DNA of 63,533 nt from Octopus bimaculoides (lineage: Eukaryota), in assembly GCF_001194135.2 (NCBI RefSeq), contig NC_068989.1, forward strand, positions 1,123,423-1,186,955, in the 5' to 3' direction. The notes below the pieces were generated by a model. It was given only the letters and a program-made list of their open reading frames with translations, ran no database searches and was not told the DNA's origin. The first letter of the stretch is position 1. Every line of letters begins with the position of its first letter. Shown here in pieces: positions 11,396 through 22,515 of this stretch. Position numbers and translations under genes: made by a program.

Positions 11396-11485
11396 TCTTT
11401 ATTCAAAAACAGTAACACCTGCTCAGGTAAATGGCCAACGTACAGCAACACCACAGGTACAACAACAATACTATGATACAACAAC
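11396..11485 (+). other. Candidate plus-strand internal exon (90 nt, open in phase 2-2: LYSKTVTPAQVNGQRTATPQVQQQYYDTT)
   Basis: Long poly-T tract with ttttag| acceptor and AC|GTAAGA donor, and one open frame. No homology recognised. Confidence 0.3.
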
Positions 11486-11660
11486 GTAAGAATCAAAATG
11501 AAACTGGAAAGCTGTAATTTTAGAGTAAAAAATGTTGCCTTCCGATTGTGCTATTTTGTATTCTTAAAATTCCTGAGGTGCTTCCATTCCACAGACAAGG
11601 ATTGAAGGTGGGCAATTTAGCATCAAAAAAGCCGCCACTGGCCTAGTCACCATATGCAAA

Positions 11661-11850
11661 GTAGGCATGGCTGTGTGGTAAGAAGCTTGCTTCCCAACCA
11701 CAGGGTTCTAGTTTCATGTCCTACTGTGTGGCACCTTGGGCAAATGTCTTCTACTATAGTCCAGTGCTGACCAAAGCTTTGTGGAGTGGATTTCGTAGAT
11801 GGAAACCAAAAGAAGCCTGTCATACATGTGTGTGTGTGTGTGTGTGTGTT
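11661..11850 (+). mobile_element. tRNA-derived SINE family A (5' half)
   Basis: A-box-like TGGCTGTGTGG and degenerate B-box, then GGCACCTTGGGCAA...GGAAAC..AAGAAGCC and an internal (TG)n. About 11 related copies in the window. Confidence 0.85.
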
Positions 11851-12779
11851 TTGTATCTTTTTTGTCCCCCCCCCNNNNNNNNNNGTATGGCCACAATCTA
11901 ATAATGACTGAAACAAAAGAAAAAATATCCAAGAAACAAGCAGAACTTGGTGCCAAATAGTTTTTATTTTGGTTGGAGCAAAGAAATAGAAGTTATGCAA
12001 CTTTTCTTTGACAGAAGACCATGGGACCTTTTATAAACAGTTGTTCTGGGACTGACATCAACTTGTTCTGCTGTCAGAGACCTTGCAATGAGGATTATCC
12101 TCCACACTTCTCTTAACAAAGAGAAGGGTCCTGTCAGGGGGTCCTGGTTGACCTGGGCGAGGTGATGTGGACTCTGCTTCAAAGGAAATATATATATGGG
12201 ACGACCTAGATGAGATACACACACACACACCCACACATACATTGTTAATAAAACAAACCCTGAAAACTGAAGAAAATATGTGCTAAATACACAAGTTTAT
12301 CAGTTTAAGAAAATGTTTGTCTGACCACGAATACATTTTTGTTGATTTTCTTGGATTTTGGAATATAGATAGCATGAAGAAAGGACATCTTTGAAACTAT
12401 AAACCAGGGATTGTTTTGAAAGGGGATTACAAATCAAAAGAACTGATAAAGATTTTCATGAATATTGAATTCCACGAAACAATATAATTAATTGTTGATT
12501 TATTTATTTTCCTAATAACTCTTTCTTGCCATTGTAGCACTCAACTTCAAAGGCCGATGTGATTCTGTACTGTAATGGTTAATTAGCATGCTTGCTTAAT
12601 CAGTTGGAGAATCATTCAAATTGTTCCACATTCTTCATTGCACTTTTACTCTGTCTGTCTGACTGCCTGTCTGTCTGTCTGTCTCTGAATTTCAGAATTT
12701 GATTTACTTCTTTTTATTTTTAACTGATATACATACATACATGCATACACACACATATGTATATATGTAGAGAGATAGA

Positions 12780-12790
12780 GACAGACAGAC

Positions 12791-12840
<50 letters not shown>
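12780..12840. repeat. (AGAC)n(AGAT)n microsatellite
   Basis: Tandem tetranucleotide repeat read directly from the sequence. Confidence 0.95.
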
Positions 12841-13004
12841 AACAGAATCCAAGTAGTGCCGTACTTCTCCTAGCCTTCAGAGAAGATAGGAATCGTGTGA
12901 ACTTCCTTAGTAATGGATCCACAGTGCCTGGCCAGATACAATGAGATATTATTAAATGAACTCACATGAAACGGTTTCTATGGGCAGCCAAACATGTCCC
13001 TCTA

Positions 13005-13200
13005 CTAGTTTCAAATTTTGGGGAAGGGGTCAGTAACATCGACCCCAGTGCTCAGCTGGTGCTTATTTTATCGCCCCCTAAAGGATGAAAGGCAAAGTCG
13101 ACCTCGGCAGAATTTGAAATCACAACAGCAAGACAGACAGAATACTGCTAAATATTTCGTCTGGCGTGCAAATGATTCTGCCCGCTCGCTGCCTAACACT
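13005..13200 (-). mobile_element. tRNA-derived SINE family B (Nin/Deu-type central domain)
   Basis: The minus strand has AGGTCGACTTTGCCTTTCATCCTT...GATAAAATAAG, resembling the Nin/DeuSINE domain (recalled consensus). About 14 copies in the window. Confidence 0.8.
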
Positions 13201-15214
13201 TCGGTCCCTATATTAGGTGCCCTACAATTAGTTGGAAACCACGTCTAAGTTACAATGTGTTATTACTTCTGATGCTTACATAAACACATAAATTCATTGT
13301 TTATGTACGTCTTTCTCTATATTGTTGTTGTTTGGCTGACAGTGGCAGATCTAAGATTTTTCAGTCGTGATTATTCCCGCTTTAATACACGTAGTGCATC
13401 TAGAATTTAATTATCTGATATGTCTTTCTTTTCTCGTTTTTACATGGTCGGGTGTAATCTGAGAGATTTTGCTGCTATTCCTAGCAGATCAAGAGACCAC
13501 GTAGAGGTTACTGGCTTGCAAACGATACAACACATGCGTGTTTGGTTGTGGCAGTTTTAAAGTATCTAATAGTTAGCTCCCTTGTTTAATATACTACAGA
13601 GTGACTCCCCTTGTTTTCACAATCCATTTCGTCTTAATTTCGGCCACTCTCTTATCTTCTCATAATTAAAAAAACATTTTAACATCATTTTAGTCAATCT
13701 TGAATGACAGAATCTGTAGGGTGCCGTACAAATTTCCTTTTGGCATTTAGCTATTTCGTCTCTTTGCATTCCGAGCTCAATTCTTGCTGATATCGATTTT
13801 ATCTTTCATCCTTGACAGATCGATGAATACTAATCTTATACAAGGATCAAATCGATCTCTCGAATTGTGTGGCCTCGTTACTAAGTAGGAAACTTGGATT
13901 ATTGTCAAAGGCTTTCACCAACTGTGTTTAAAGATGTTTTTTTTTTATTACACATAATAAAGAATTGTTTCTGGATTTCTAAAGAGACGGTCACGTTTCA
14001 TCCTCTATTGTCAAACTGATAAAAAAAAAAAGAAAAAAAAAAGAAAATGTCTTCATTGGCTTCAAACACTTCCAGCAGATCAGGGAGGACTTGGTTCATT
14101 CTCTCTTTTAATCCAGGTGCCAATTGCCGGAGTACACACTTTCTGATCCCTGAAATCTTCCACCACTGTCCAGTTGAGCACCAAGCTCACTGACTGCAAC
14201 TTGCCTGCACAAGTGCAAGCTATGCAACAGCATCAAGTGAAGAAGAAAAAATCACTGGACATCGGTCAGCGACTTCAGAATGAAAGTTGGGTGGATAGAA
14301 AAACAGAAGACAAAGAGTAGAAGAAAGGTGTGAAAGCTGAAATATTTCTTTGTCATATGGGGCTCACACCAGACCTGATGTTGGAGAAAGGCTCTTGGCA
14401 TGTGGGGGTGAAACGGTAGGGGAATAGGTACAACAGATAACACCATAAATGCCAAGAGGCAGGCTTAACAAGATAGAAGAACTGGAAGGGAAAAATAGGA
14501 TTGATAAAAAGTTGTTAAAAGAGAAACTTGAGAGGCAAATGTAGAAGAAACAAAAACAAAAAAAATGGAAGAGTTTTGCCAATGTTTTGTGAGAAGAGGA
14601 TAAGTGGTATGGCATGTTTTGTCAGGGCAAATCAGAACGACATTGGTGAAGAGAACATCAGCAACAATAGGAGCGCCTCCATCAGGATTGATAACCAGAA
14701 GTGAGAAGCATGAACATAATATAAGATGTAAAGGAATGAAGAGAATTGGTGTGTTTCATTCATGTTCTGAAATTGCATAAAAATATTGCTGAGCTATGGT
14801 AGTGTTCTCTGTTGTCATTCCACTGCCAACCAATTGTCCACTGGTTCTGTACTGGCAAAGTCGACAAGAATGAAAACTTCATTACTTGAAAAACAGGAAA
14901 AGTTTAGCAGCAGGAAGAGCATCCAGCTAAAAATAATGCATCACCAATGTGTATTCATCTAACGCTTACTAACCTGGGAAAACAAGGGCAAAAGGAATGA
15001 ACAAACAATATTATACACACACACACATATTATATTCTATATATATGCATGAATTAAACATTTTAAAAAACATTCTAAGAATCCAAGTCTGAGCCATTTC
15101 ATGGAATCTTGTAATTAAAAATTTATTTGAATTTGGTACAAGTGGCAGCAGCTTTCCAATTTAAAAAAGAAAATATGCCTACTTTTATAGATATGAAATA
15201 TGTGTCAATACACC

Positions 15215-15402
15215 TGCTACCACGTAAAAAAACACCTAGTCCACCCTGTAAAGTGGTTGGCATTAGAAAGGGCATCCAGCCATAGAAATCATGCCAGAAC
15301 AGACAAATGGAGGAGCTTGGTGAAGCTCTCCAGCCTTGCCAGCTCCTGTCAAACCATCCAATCCTTGCTAGTATGGAAAGTGAACATTAAATGATGATGA
15401 TA
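15215..15402 (+). mobile_element. RTE-type LINE 3'UTR fragment (family C) ending in (GAT)n
   Basis: GTGGTTGGCATTAG.AAGGGCATCCAGC...CCATGC.AG.ATGGAAA...AAATGATGATG. The same tail is joined to RT coding sequence at 58338-58840. Confidence 0.8.
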
Positions 15403-16031
15403 GATATATGCATATATATATACGCACACACATATATATACACACATGTGAGAGTGTGTGTGTGAGAGAGAGAGAGAGAGATCCGATGCTGAGAAAGTGA
15501 AACAGAGCAACACTAATGCCGTCATTATTGACTTCCCATTAATATCCTTATTTCAAAACTAATCCAAGCGCTGACAATATGTTCCATCTTCTTTATTCAG
15601 CTAACCATTAATACATAAATTCTTTATCCAGTTAACCATTAATACATCAATATACATAACAATACAGAAATAAAACAATATAAAACATTACATTAAGATT
15701 CCATATTACTGATTTCTTTGTTTATTTTTTTAAAAATGTACTTTTTATTGTTTAAAAGAGAAAAAACAAATAAAAATAATTGTATAGATTCTGAATCTGA
15801 TATAAAAACCTCCAACTTCTTTTCTCTAAATAAAAATGTTAGAGTGAGGAGGGGATGTGCCAGAGGGGGGAGCTTAAATGAATAAGAAACTCCATCCTTG
15901 GCAGACTACACTGTGTTAGAATCAACCTTACTGTTTGGTTTTCAGGCAGAGCACGTCCCCTGGGTATTATTCCTTATTTCGTAACTGCTGACTCAAAGGC
16001 AGATTTAATTCCTTATTCCTGATGGACTGAA

Positions 16032-16270
16032 TCATCATCATCATTTAACGTCCGTTTTCCGTGCTGGCATGGGTTGGACGGTTTTTCAGGAGGTGGTAAG
16101 GCTAGGGTCCACACCAGGCTCCAATTGTCTGCTATGACATGGTGTCTATGGTTGGATGTCCTGCCTAACACCAACCACGCCACAGAGTGTATTGGGTGCT
16201 TTGTATGTGGCACCGGCACCAGTGCTTTTACACATGACACCAGCGGCAGTACTTCATATGTGGCACCAGC
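16032..16270 (-). mobile_element. Family C RTE 3'UTR fragment
   Basis: (CAT)n tail, then TTTAACGTCCGTTTTCC.TGCTGGCATGGGTTGGACGG. Confidence 0.85.
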
Positions 16271-16435
16271 ACTGACAGAGTTATTAAGTAAGTTGCAAGA
16301 CAAAAAGGAGGGAGTAGTAGTGAGGGTGGTGGCGGCGGTGGCTTTGTGCCAGTTGATGTTATTTAGTGTAGACTGAATAAATCATCAATTATTACATTAG
16401 AAACATTAATTATATTGTAATTCTAATGATTATAA

Positions 16436-16775
16436 AGATCCCCTTCGGTCATGAATGACCATGGGATTGCACCTAGAAAGTTACCCTCCGAGGCACAAGT
16501 CTGGGCAAGGTTGTTTTATGGAAGACCAGCAGTCGCCCATGCATACCAGCCTCCCCTCTCCACGCCACCGATGTTATCCAAGGGAAAAGCAAAGGGGCCG
16601 ATACAGCTTGACACCAGTGACATTGCAACTCATTTCTACAGATGAGTGAATTGGAGCAACGTGGAATGAAGTGCCTTGCTCAAGAACACAACACACAGCC
16701 CAGCCCAGAAATTGAACTCTTTGGGTTCACAATCCACTTGTGATTGTGAACCCAACACTCTAACCACAAAGCCAT
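16436..16775 (-). mobile_element. tRNA-derived SINE family D, near full length
   Basis: The minus-strand head has A-box-like GCATGGCTTTGTGGTTAGAGTG and a degenerate B-box. A distinct GC-richer body runs to 16436. Confidence 0.7.
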
Positions 16776-17036
16776 GCACTTTCACACGTGGTCATAGCAG
16801 TGAGCTACACCCACCCAAAGTCCCTTTAGCCTCAGACTGTGCATTGCAGGTTCAGTAGTCAGATGGCAATCAATAAAATCGTAAGAATGGTGGACATATT
16901 CTCTAGCAGTATATTTACTGATGGGCTTTTACATTCTGAGTTCAAATCTCACTGGCGTCAACTTTATCGACTTTCCTCTGGACAAATACAACAAAATACC
17001 AGTTAAGAACTAATAGTAATCTATATTCCTCTAATG

Positions 17037-17283
17037 CAGTGGTTCTCAACCATTTTTTACCTCTGGACCCCTTGATTCCCATTTCACTCGGGGGGAGCCT
17101 CTAAGCCATTCAATATTTAAAATAATCCTATATTTTTATAATTAAATATTATTAGAAATTGTATTAAAAAATTGTTAAAATATTTTGTAACAGTAGAAGT
17201 ATAACCAATTTATTGGAGATAAATTTTAGCAAAATCTTACATGGACCCCCAAGGGCCATATAGACTCTAGTCAAGAACCATTG
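17037..17283. mobile_element. hAT (Charlie-like) MITE
   Basis: TIRs CAGTGGTTCTCAACC and AGTCAAGAACCATTG (degenerate reverse complement), subterminal GGACCCC motifs and an AT-rich core. The TSD is not cleanly preserved. Confidence 0.8.
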
Positions 17284-17749
17284 TTATTATAATGGATAGG
17301 AATGGAATTCTAATAAGACCTTGTCACTTTGACCAGCTGTTTCCCCAATTATGTAGATCCATACATAATGGAGATAATCAATATCTTATTTATCTAGAGC
17401 TTGTATAATAAACAAAGAAAACTGTCACAGCTTTCTGTAGTCATAAATGGACAGTGTCCACTCTGGTATTTAATAAAAGAACAGCATTTAATGTCCACTT
17501 ACTAGCAGAGATTGAGCAGAAACAAAGAAAAGTGCTTTGTTTGATTTTTCCCCAGACATAAACACGCATCATTAGAGAATTAACTCCAATGGTTTTGAAC
17601 GATGGACTCTTAAGTTGTAACATTTATAATTGTTTGAATAGCAAGATGGACATATTTAAGCATTTAAAACTAATGAACTTGGTTCACCTAAATTTTAATT
17701 CATGTTAGCCCTACTGATATTTTATGTGCGAACAGGCACACCAAAGAAC

Positions 17750-17960
17750 AGACCAAAAGTTTCCTCTGCATGTCACAAAAGTGAGTAAAAGAGTCTGACA
17801 TAGGATTTGCACTTTGACCTCATAAAACCGTCACCAGCAATGGCTACCTGAAACAGACCCATGGGTTGGAGGGGTGTCACCTGAGTGGTGCAAAGATGTG
17901 ATCCACCAGGAGTAGGGAACCACCAACAAGTGGTGGAGGCAGCAAACACACTCTGCCTCC
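17750..17960 (+). repeat. Uncharacterised structured interspersed repeat, copy 1 (inverse copy at 61945-62160)
   Basis: The reverse complement aligns by eye over about 200 nt with 61965-62160, e.g. CCACCA.TTGTTGGTGGTTCCCTAC.CCTGGTGGAT.ACATCTTTGCAC. Confidence 0.85.
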
Positions 17961-18895
17961 GTACTGTACAACACATTGGAGAGCTAGAAAATACCTGAAT
18001 ATGGGTCTGATGTTTATTTGTTGCCCTTCTATTGCATTATATGGCTGTCAAGTGCATTGTTGTTAGAGATCTCCACATATAATATCAGTGATATATACAC
18101 ACACTATTCGTTTCCATTGTCTATAACTCTAGCATACGACTGTATTATATTTCGTCAAATCATGTCAGTGGCAATTGTATATAACCCAAGTTAAAATCTT
18201 GGTTTTCAAGACGTTTCAGTTCCCATTTTATACGTTTAGTGTATTAATCCTGCTGTATATAAAAGTACACCAAGTTAAAGTCTTGAGGATCTGCATTCAT
18301 GACCCAGTTTCTTCCAATTTACTTTTAGCTTTCTCTCTCTTTTATATTGCTATACATAAAAGTAGAAATAACTTGAATTTCATTGTTCTCCAATATCAGT
18401 TGGGTCAACATAAATTAAAATTTAGGTGCAGCCTCCTTGCTTGCCAGTCCTCTGTCAAACTGTCCAACCCATGCTAGCATGGAAAGCGGACGTTAAACGA
18501 TGATGAGGATAATGAGGTGAGCCAAGTTCATTAACCAGCTGTAATACATAGTTTTAAATTATGTGTTCGTCATGCTGTACAGACAATTATTAATGCTACA
18601 ACTTTTATAGCTGGATGCCTTTCCTATTACCAACGACTTTACAACATGGATTAGGATTAACAAGAAATAAACATTAAAGATGTTTTGTTCCAAGCAGAAA
18701 CAGCAGAAGCTACTTAAAGATGTTGCAAGCTTTTTTCCTGTTTCAGATACAAAACAGTTCTTCATTCTACACTTTTGTGTTCTTAAGTTGACAATGTTAC
18801 GATCAATTAAAACATTGATATGACATATAAAGCTATATAATTTAACTGAGGATTGATATATGACCAATAACAATAGTAATGGACTTGGCTATTAA

Positions 18896-18940
18896 TCAGG
18901 ATATATGGGGCCTTTTTCAGGATATATGGGGCCTTTTTCA
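18896..18940. repeat. 21-bp tandem duplication (tcaggatatatggggcctttt x2)
   Basis: Exact adjacent copies. Confidence 0.95.
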
Positions 18941-18969
18941 CTTTCTTCTTAATGTCCCCATTAAATATA

Positions 18970-19145
18970 TATGTGGCAAGCTGGCAGAACTGTTAACATC
19001 CTTATGTTCTGAGTTCGAATTCTGCCAAGGTCAACTTTGCCTTTCATCCTTTCGGGGCTGTAGAAAATAAGTAATGGGGGTCGTCGTAATGGACTAACAT
19101 ACTCCCCTAAAATTTTTCAGGCTTCGTGCCTATAGTAGAAAGGAT
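18970..19145 (+). mobile_element. SINE family B copy
   Basis: GCTGGCAGAA...TTCTGAGTTCGAATTCTGCCAAGGTCAACTTTGCCTTTCATCC...TAGTAGAAAGGAT. Confidence 0.85.
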
Positions 19146-19947
19146 CAAATATACACAAACAAACTCTGTTTCACTTCTGGTCCACATATGTTTTGCTGTC
19201 ATTCCTTTTGAGAGCTCCCAGCTCTCCTTTCCCACATTTTCCCTACAAATGTCAACCTGTAGAAATTCAAGATGAACATCAACTGCATTGATCGTCGCAT
19301 TAATCTGGGCAAAAATTACAAAGGTCAGGACGCTGCCCCCTCCTCCTCCTCCACCTAAAAAATATAAGCAAATAGTANNNNNNNNNNNNNNNNNNNNNNN
19401 NNNNNNNNNNNNNNNNNNNNNNNNNNNNNNNNNNNNNNNNNNNNNNNNNNNNNNNNNNNNNNNNNNNNNNNNNNNNNNNNNNNNNNNNNNNNNNNNNNNN
19501 NNNNNTCAAAGACTGCATGGAAAGATTAAATGTCAGTTGGTTCCATAAAATTAAATTTTGATTTTGTGTTTTGTGTAAATGTCACTTTATTTGGAAATGC
19601 GAAAAAAATAAAAAGACTCCCCAGACAAATATCTGCGTCAATAACTTTTTGATTACCTTATGTGTGAATGTCTGTACATTCACAATGTCTGCAACATCTG
19701 CCTACCTCCATCTCAATTATTCTTTACTTGACAGCAAAATGGTGACAAGTTAAACCTTGTCCATGATCTGGTTTTGATCTCTCTGGCTGGGTTCTTTTGC
19801 TCTTTCTGCCAATCCCTATGGCCTGGTTTTTCTTCTGTTAGAACTGAGATTCTGTGTAGATCCTCACCTGCCAACCCTAAACCTATTTGATGTTTCACTC
19901 CACAATATACATCATGACAACCAATGCTTCACTGTACAGACCCTTAC

Positions 19948-20040
19948 CTAAAGATTGTATCTGTGTCACCAAAGGATTCTGTCCTTAAGGAATTTGGTTT
20001 CTGTCTTTGCCTTTGCAGTGACAATAAGTCAAATCCATTC
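19948..20040 (-). other. Candidate minus-strand exon (93 nt)
   Basis: Acceptor ttgtag| and donor TAG|GTAAGG. Phase 0 gives EWI*; phase 2 is open (NGFDLLSLQRQRQKPNSLRTESFGDTDTIF). No homology recognised. Confidence 0.3.
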
Positions 20041-20277
20041 CTACAATGTTTCTACTTAGGTTTTGCATCATTTTACATGAAGGAACTCAAAGGAGAGCAA
20101 GAGAAAATAAAAGAGAGAGAGAGAAACAGACATTCATGGTAAATGAATGGTGGTGATGGCAGTGGTGACATTGTTGCACAAAAATAACTACTAGCACTAA
20201 CATGCAGGTATTAAAACATAAGGTGTGTTTATTTTAAATTTCAGCTCACAAAAATAAATTGTTCTCTGTCAACTTAC

Positions 20278-20496
20278 CACAAAAGCCAAAACCACCACCA
20301 CCACCACCACCACCACCACCAGCAGCAGCAGCAGCAGCTCTGTTACTAACACCTTATTGACATCATTGTCACAACGAACTATTCCTTTCTCAATGTGCGT
20401 ATGTGTATGTATGGTTGTATCTGTATTGATGAACTGGCATTTCTCTTGGTCATTGCAAATAGTTGCTGGACCTTGAGGCAGATCACTGAAGAATCT
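20278..20496 (-). other. Candidate minus-strand exon (219 nt, open phase 0-0) ending in a poly-Leu/poly-Val hydrophobic segment
   Basis: AG-free pyrimidine tract with gactcag| acceptor, consensus GTG|GTAAGT donor and 73 open codons. No homology recognised. Confidence 0.4.
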
Positions 20497-21312
20497 CTGA
20501 GTCAAAAAGCGGTTTTAAAGAAAATCACGGAAAGAAAGGACTTTTGTTTTAATATACGAAGAAGTCAAAGAAATGATTCTGTGAAAGCAAATTAGAAAAG
20601 TATTCTTAAAAACCATAAATCAACTCAGCACATCTCTGTAATTAGTTTTGCTGAGTACAATTGTATAATTAAGTACACTTGTATTAGTGTGAGAAGGTTG
20701 TTAAAATGAATTTCAGGGCAAAAGCAGTAATGTGAAGTTAGGGAGTGGGAGGGGAGTTAATAAGCAGCTAAATTTAACGACCAAACAAAAGTGTGCGGTT
20801 ATTGATATTGTACACTTGTCACTGGTTCACTGCAGCAGTAATGATGACATACATTGCTCTGTGCTTTCAAAACTATTGGAATAAGAAAAAAAAATTAAAA
20901 AATTGCTAACTTCAAAACAGGGTGGGCAATAAGAAAGGGATCCAACTGTATGATTCTGCCTCAAGTAATTCCCCACCCAAACTCATGTAAGCATGGAAAA
21001 ATGGATGTTAAAGAAATAAATGAAAATGTATATATTTTTGTTTGTAATAAGTCTGTTTTTTTCCTGTTTGTATGGATTAAACAAATCTATTATTGAGACA
21101 GGGTTTTACAGTTGGATGCTCTTCCTGTCACTAACTTTTACCTGCTTTTCAAGCAAAGGATCTGTTGTGTCAAAAATAGAAGGGTGAGAGACGACCAACA
21201 AAAGAGAGAACCAAACTGAATATCACAGAAAGTCCCCACCCCCGTTTTAAAACAAGGAAAATAAACCTGCGTATTGGGCGAAATGGCAACTATGACAAAA
21301 TGAGAAAAAGGG

Positions 21313-21362
21313 CCACATTTAGTAGAAAGGATTATCATAATAATCCTTTCTACTAAATGTGG
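21313..21362. repeat. Perfect 23-bp hairpin with a 4-nt loop, made of inverted SINE-B tail sequence
   Basis: ccacatttagtagaaaggattat-cata-ataatcctttctactaaatgtgg. Confidence 0.95.
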
Positions 21363-21374
21363 GATCTGAACTCA

Positions 21375-21590
21375 GATAATAATAATCCTTTCTACTAAAG
21401 GCATACAGCCTGAAATTTTGGGGGATGGATCAAGTGGATTACATCGACCCCAGTAATCAACTGGTACTTAATTTTTCAACCCGAAAGGATCAAAGGCAAA
21501 GTGGACCTCGGCGGAATTTGAACTCAGAACGTAGTGGCAGATGAAATACTGTTAAGCATTTCGCCCGGCGTGCTAACGATTCTGCCAGTT
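21375..21590 (-). mobile_element. SINE family B, well-preserved copy
   Basis: ATCGACCCC...CCGAAAGGAT.AAAGGCAAAGTGGACCTCGGCGGAATTTGAACTCAGAACG...CGCCCGGCGTGCTAACGATTCTGCCAG. Confidence 0.9.
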
Positions 21591-21599
21591 CAATAATAC

Positions 21600-21790
21600 G
21601 TATGTTGTGGACGTGATGATACCAAGTGATTGGTGCGCTTGAAAGTACCAATACTCAACTACTAACAGGACTCAAAAGAAATTGGTACAAATGAAAAGAT
21701 AGAACTCCTACAAAAATCACCATTGCTTGGAACTGTAATGGTTCTCCGTAGGGTTCCTGAAGCACGATCAGTAAACAAGTGTCGGTGGTT
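21600..21790 (+). mobile_element. Degenerate C-terminal fragment of an RLE-type (R4/Dong-like) LINE
   Basis: Frameshifted translation VMIP(V)IGAL...IELLQKSPLLGTVMVLRRV resembles the V.GALG...LQK.ALLGT..ILR.VL C-terminus of R4-clade ORFs (recalled motif). Confidence 0.55.
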
Positions 21791-21864
21791 GTGGGCACCT
21801 GGCACTTTCCAGATCAACCAACAAAGTAAGCTGAAAGTTTTCATCAAACAATAATAAAAATAAT

Positions 21865-22005
21865 CCTTTCTATTTTAGTCACAAGGCCTGAAGTTTGGTG
21901 GCAGGGGGCCGGTCAATCCTATCGACTGATACTTTATCGACCTCGGCGGGATTTGAACTCAGAACGTAAAGACGGATGATATGCCCGCGTGCCAACGATT
22001 CTGTC
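21865..22005 (-). mobile_element. SINE family B copy (internally deleted)
   Basis: AATCCTTTCTA...CACAAGGCCTGAA...ATCGACCTCGGCGGGATTTGAACTCAGAACG. Confidence 0.8.
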
Positions 22006-22089
22006 GGTTTAGACATTCGGCAAGAAATGGAAACAAACTCGAAAGTATTAAAAAATCTTTTTTTTATTTAAATAATAATAACCTAGACG

Positions 22090-22285
22090 AGGCAGCTTTT
22101 ACGCTAGTCATGGATATATAGCAGCTCGCGTGACTTCAAAAATTATTTGGTAGTCTGGCTCGCGGGACTTTCTGAATGGCGCGCCAAACGAAAATTTACT
22201 TTCTCGTTTTTCTAGTAATGCGGGCCACCTTACGACGAGCCATGTCTCATGCGGCCCACTCCTCAAAAAAGGTTGCCCACGCCTA
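22090..22285 (-). mobile_element. hAT-type transposon single end
   Basis: Terminus GGTTGCCCACGCCT (reverse complement of a CAGG.GTGGGCAACC-type TIR) with subterminal GCGGGCC/GCGGCCC motifs. The partner end was not found. Confidence 0.5.
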
Positions 22286-22515
22286 CTCTATGCAGGCATC
22301 AGAGGTGCTAGAAACGGCAGCTAAATCTTCTTAAAATTCCACCCTATCTTTTGCGACCGATTACTCGTGTGTATAGGTCTGCTTGATCCCACTTAACCAG
22401 AGCTATGCAATAATTTGTATGACGAAGATTTTTTTTTATTTCAATGTATTTGTTGAATATATGCGTAAGAAATATTGCAGTCGGACCATTTAGAATATTT
22501 TCCTTTAGTTCTTAC

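Noticed and set aside
12000-12220. GC-richer segment with a REVWRII-like translation suggesting an RTE 3' end
   Set aside because: The similarity is limited to a few residues across frameshifts and cannot be supported.
14050-14700. Several 40-56-codon open frames on both strands
   Set aside because: No consistent splice signals or recognisable motifs; probably an old decayed repeat.
20918-20932. CAGGGTGGGCAA as the partner TIR for the hAT end at 22285
   Set aside because: It continues as ..AAG..GGGATCCAACTGTA, i.e. a degenerate family C core, not a transposon end.
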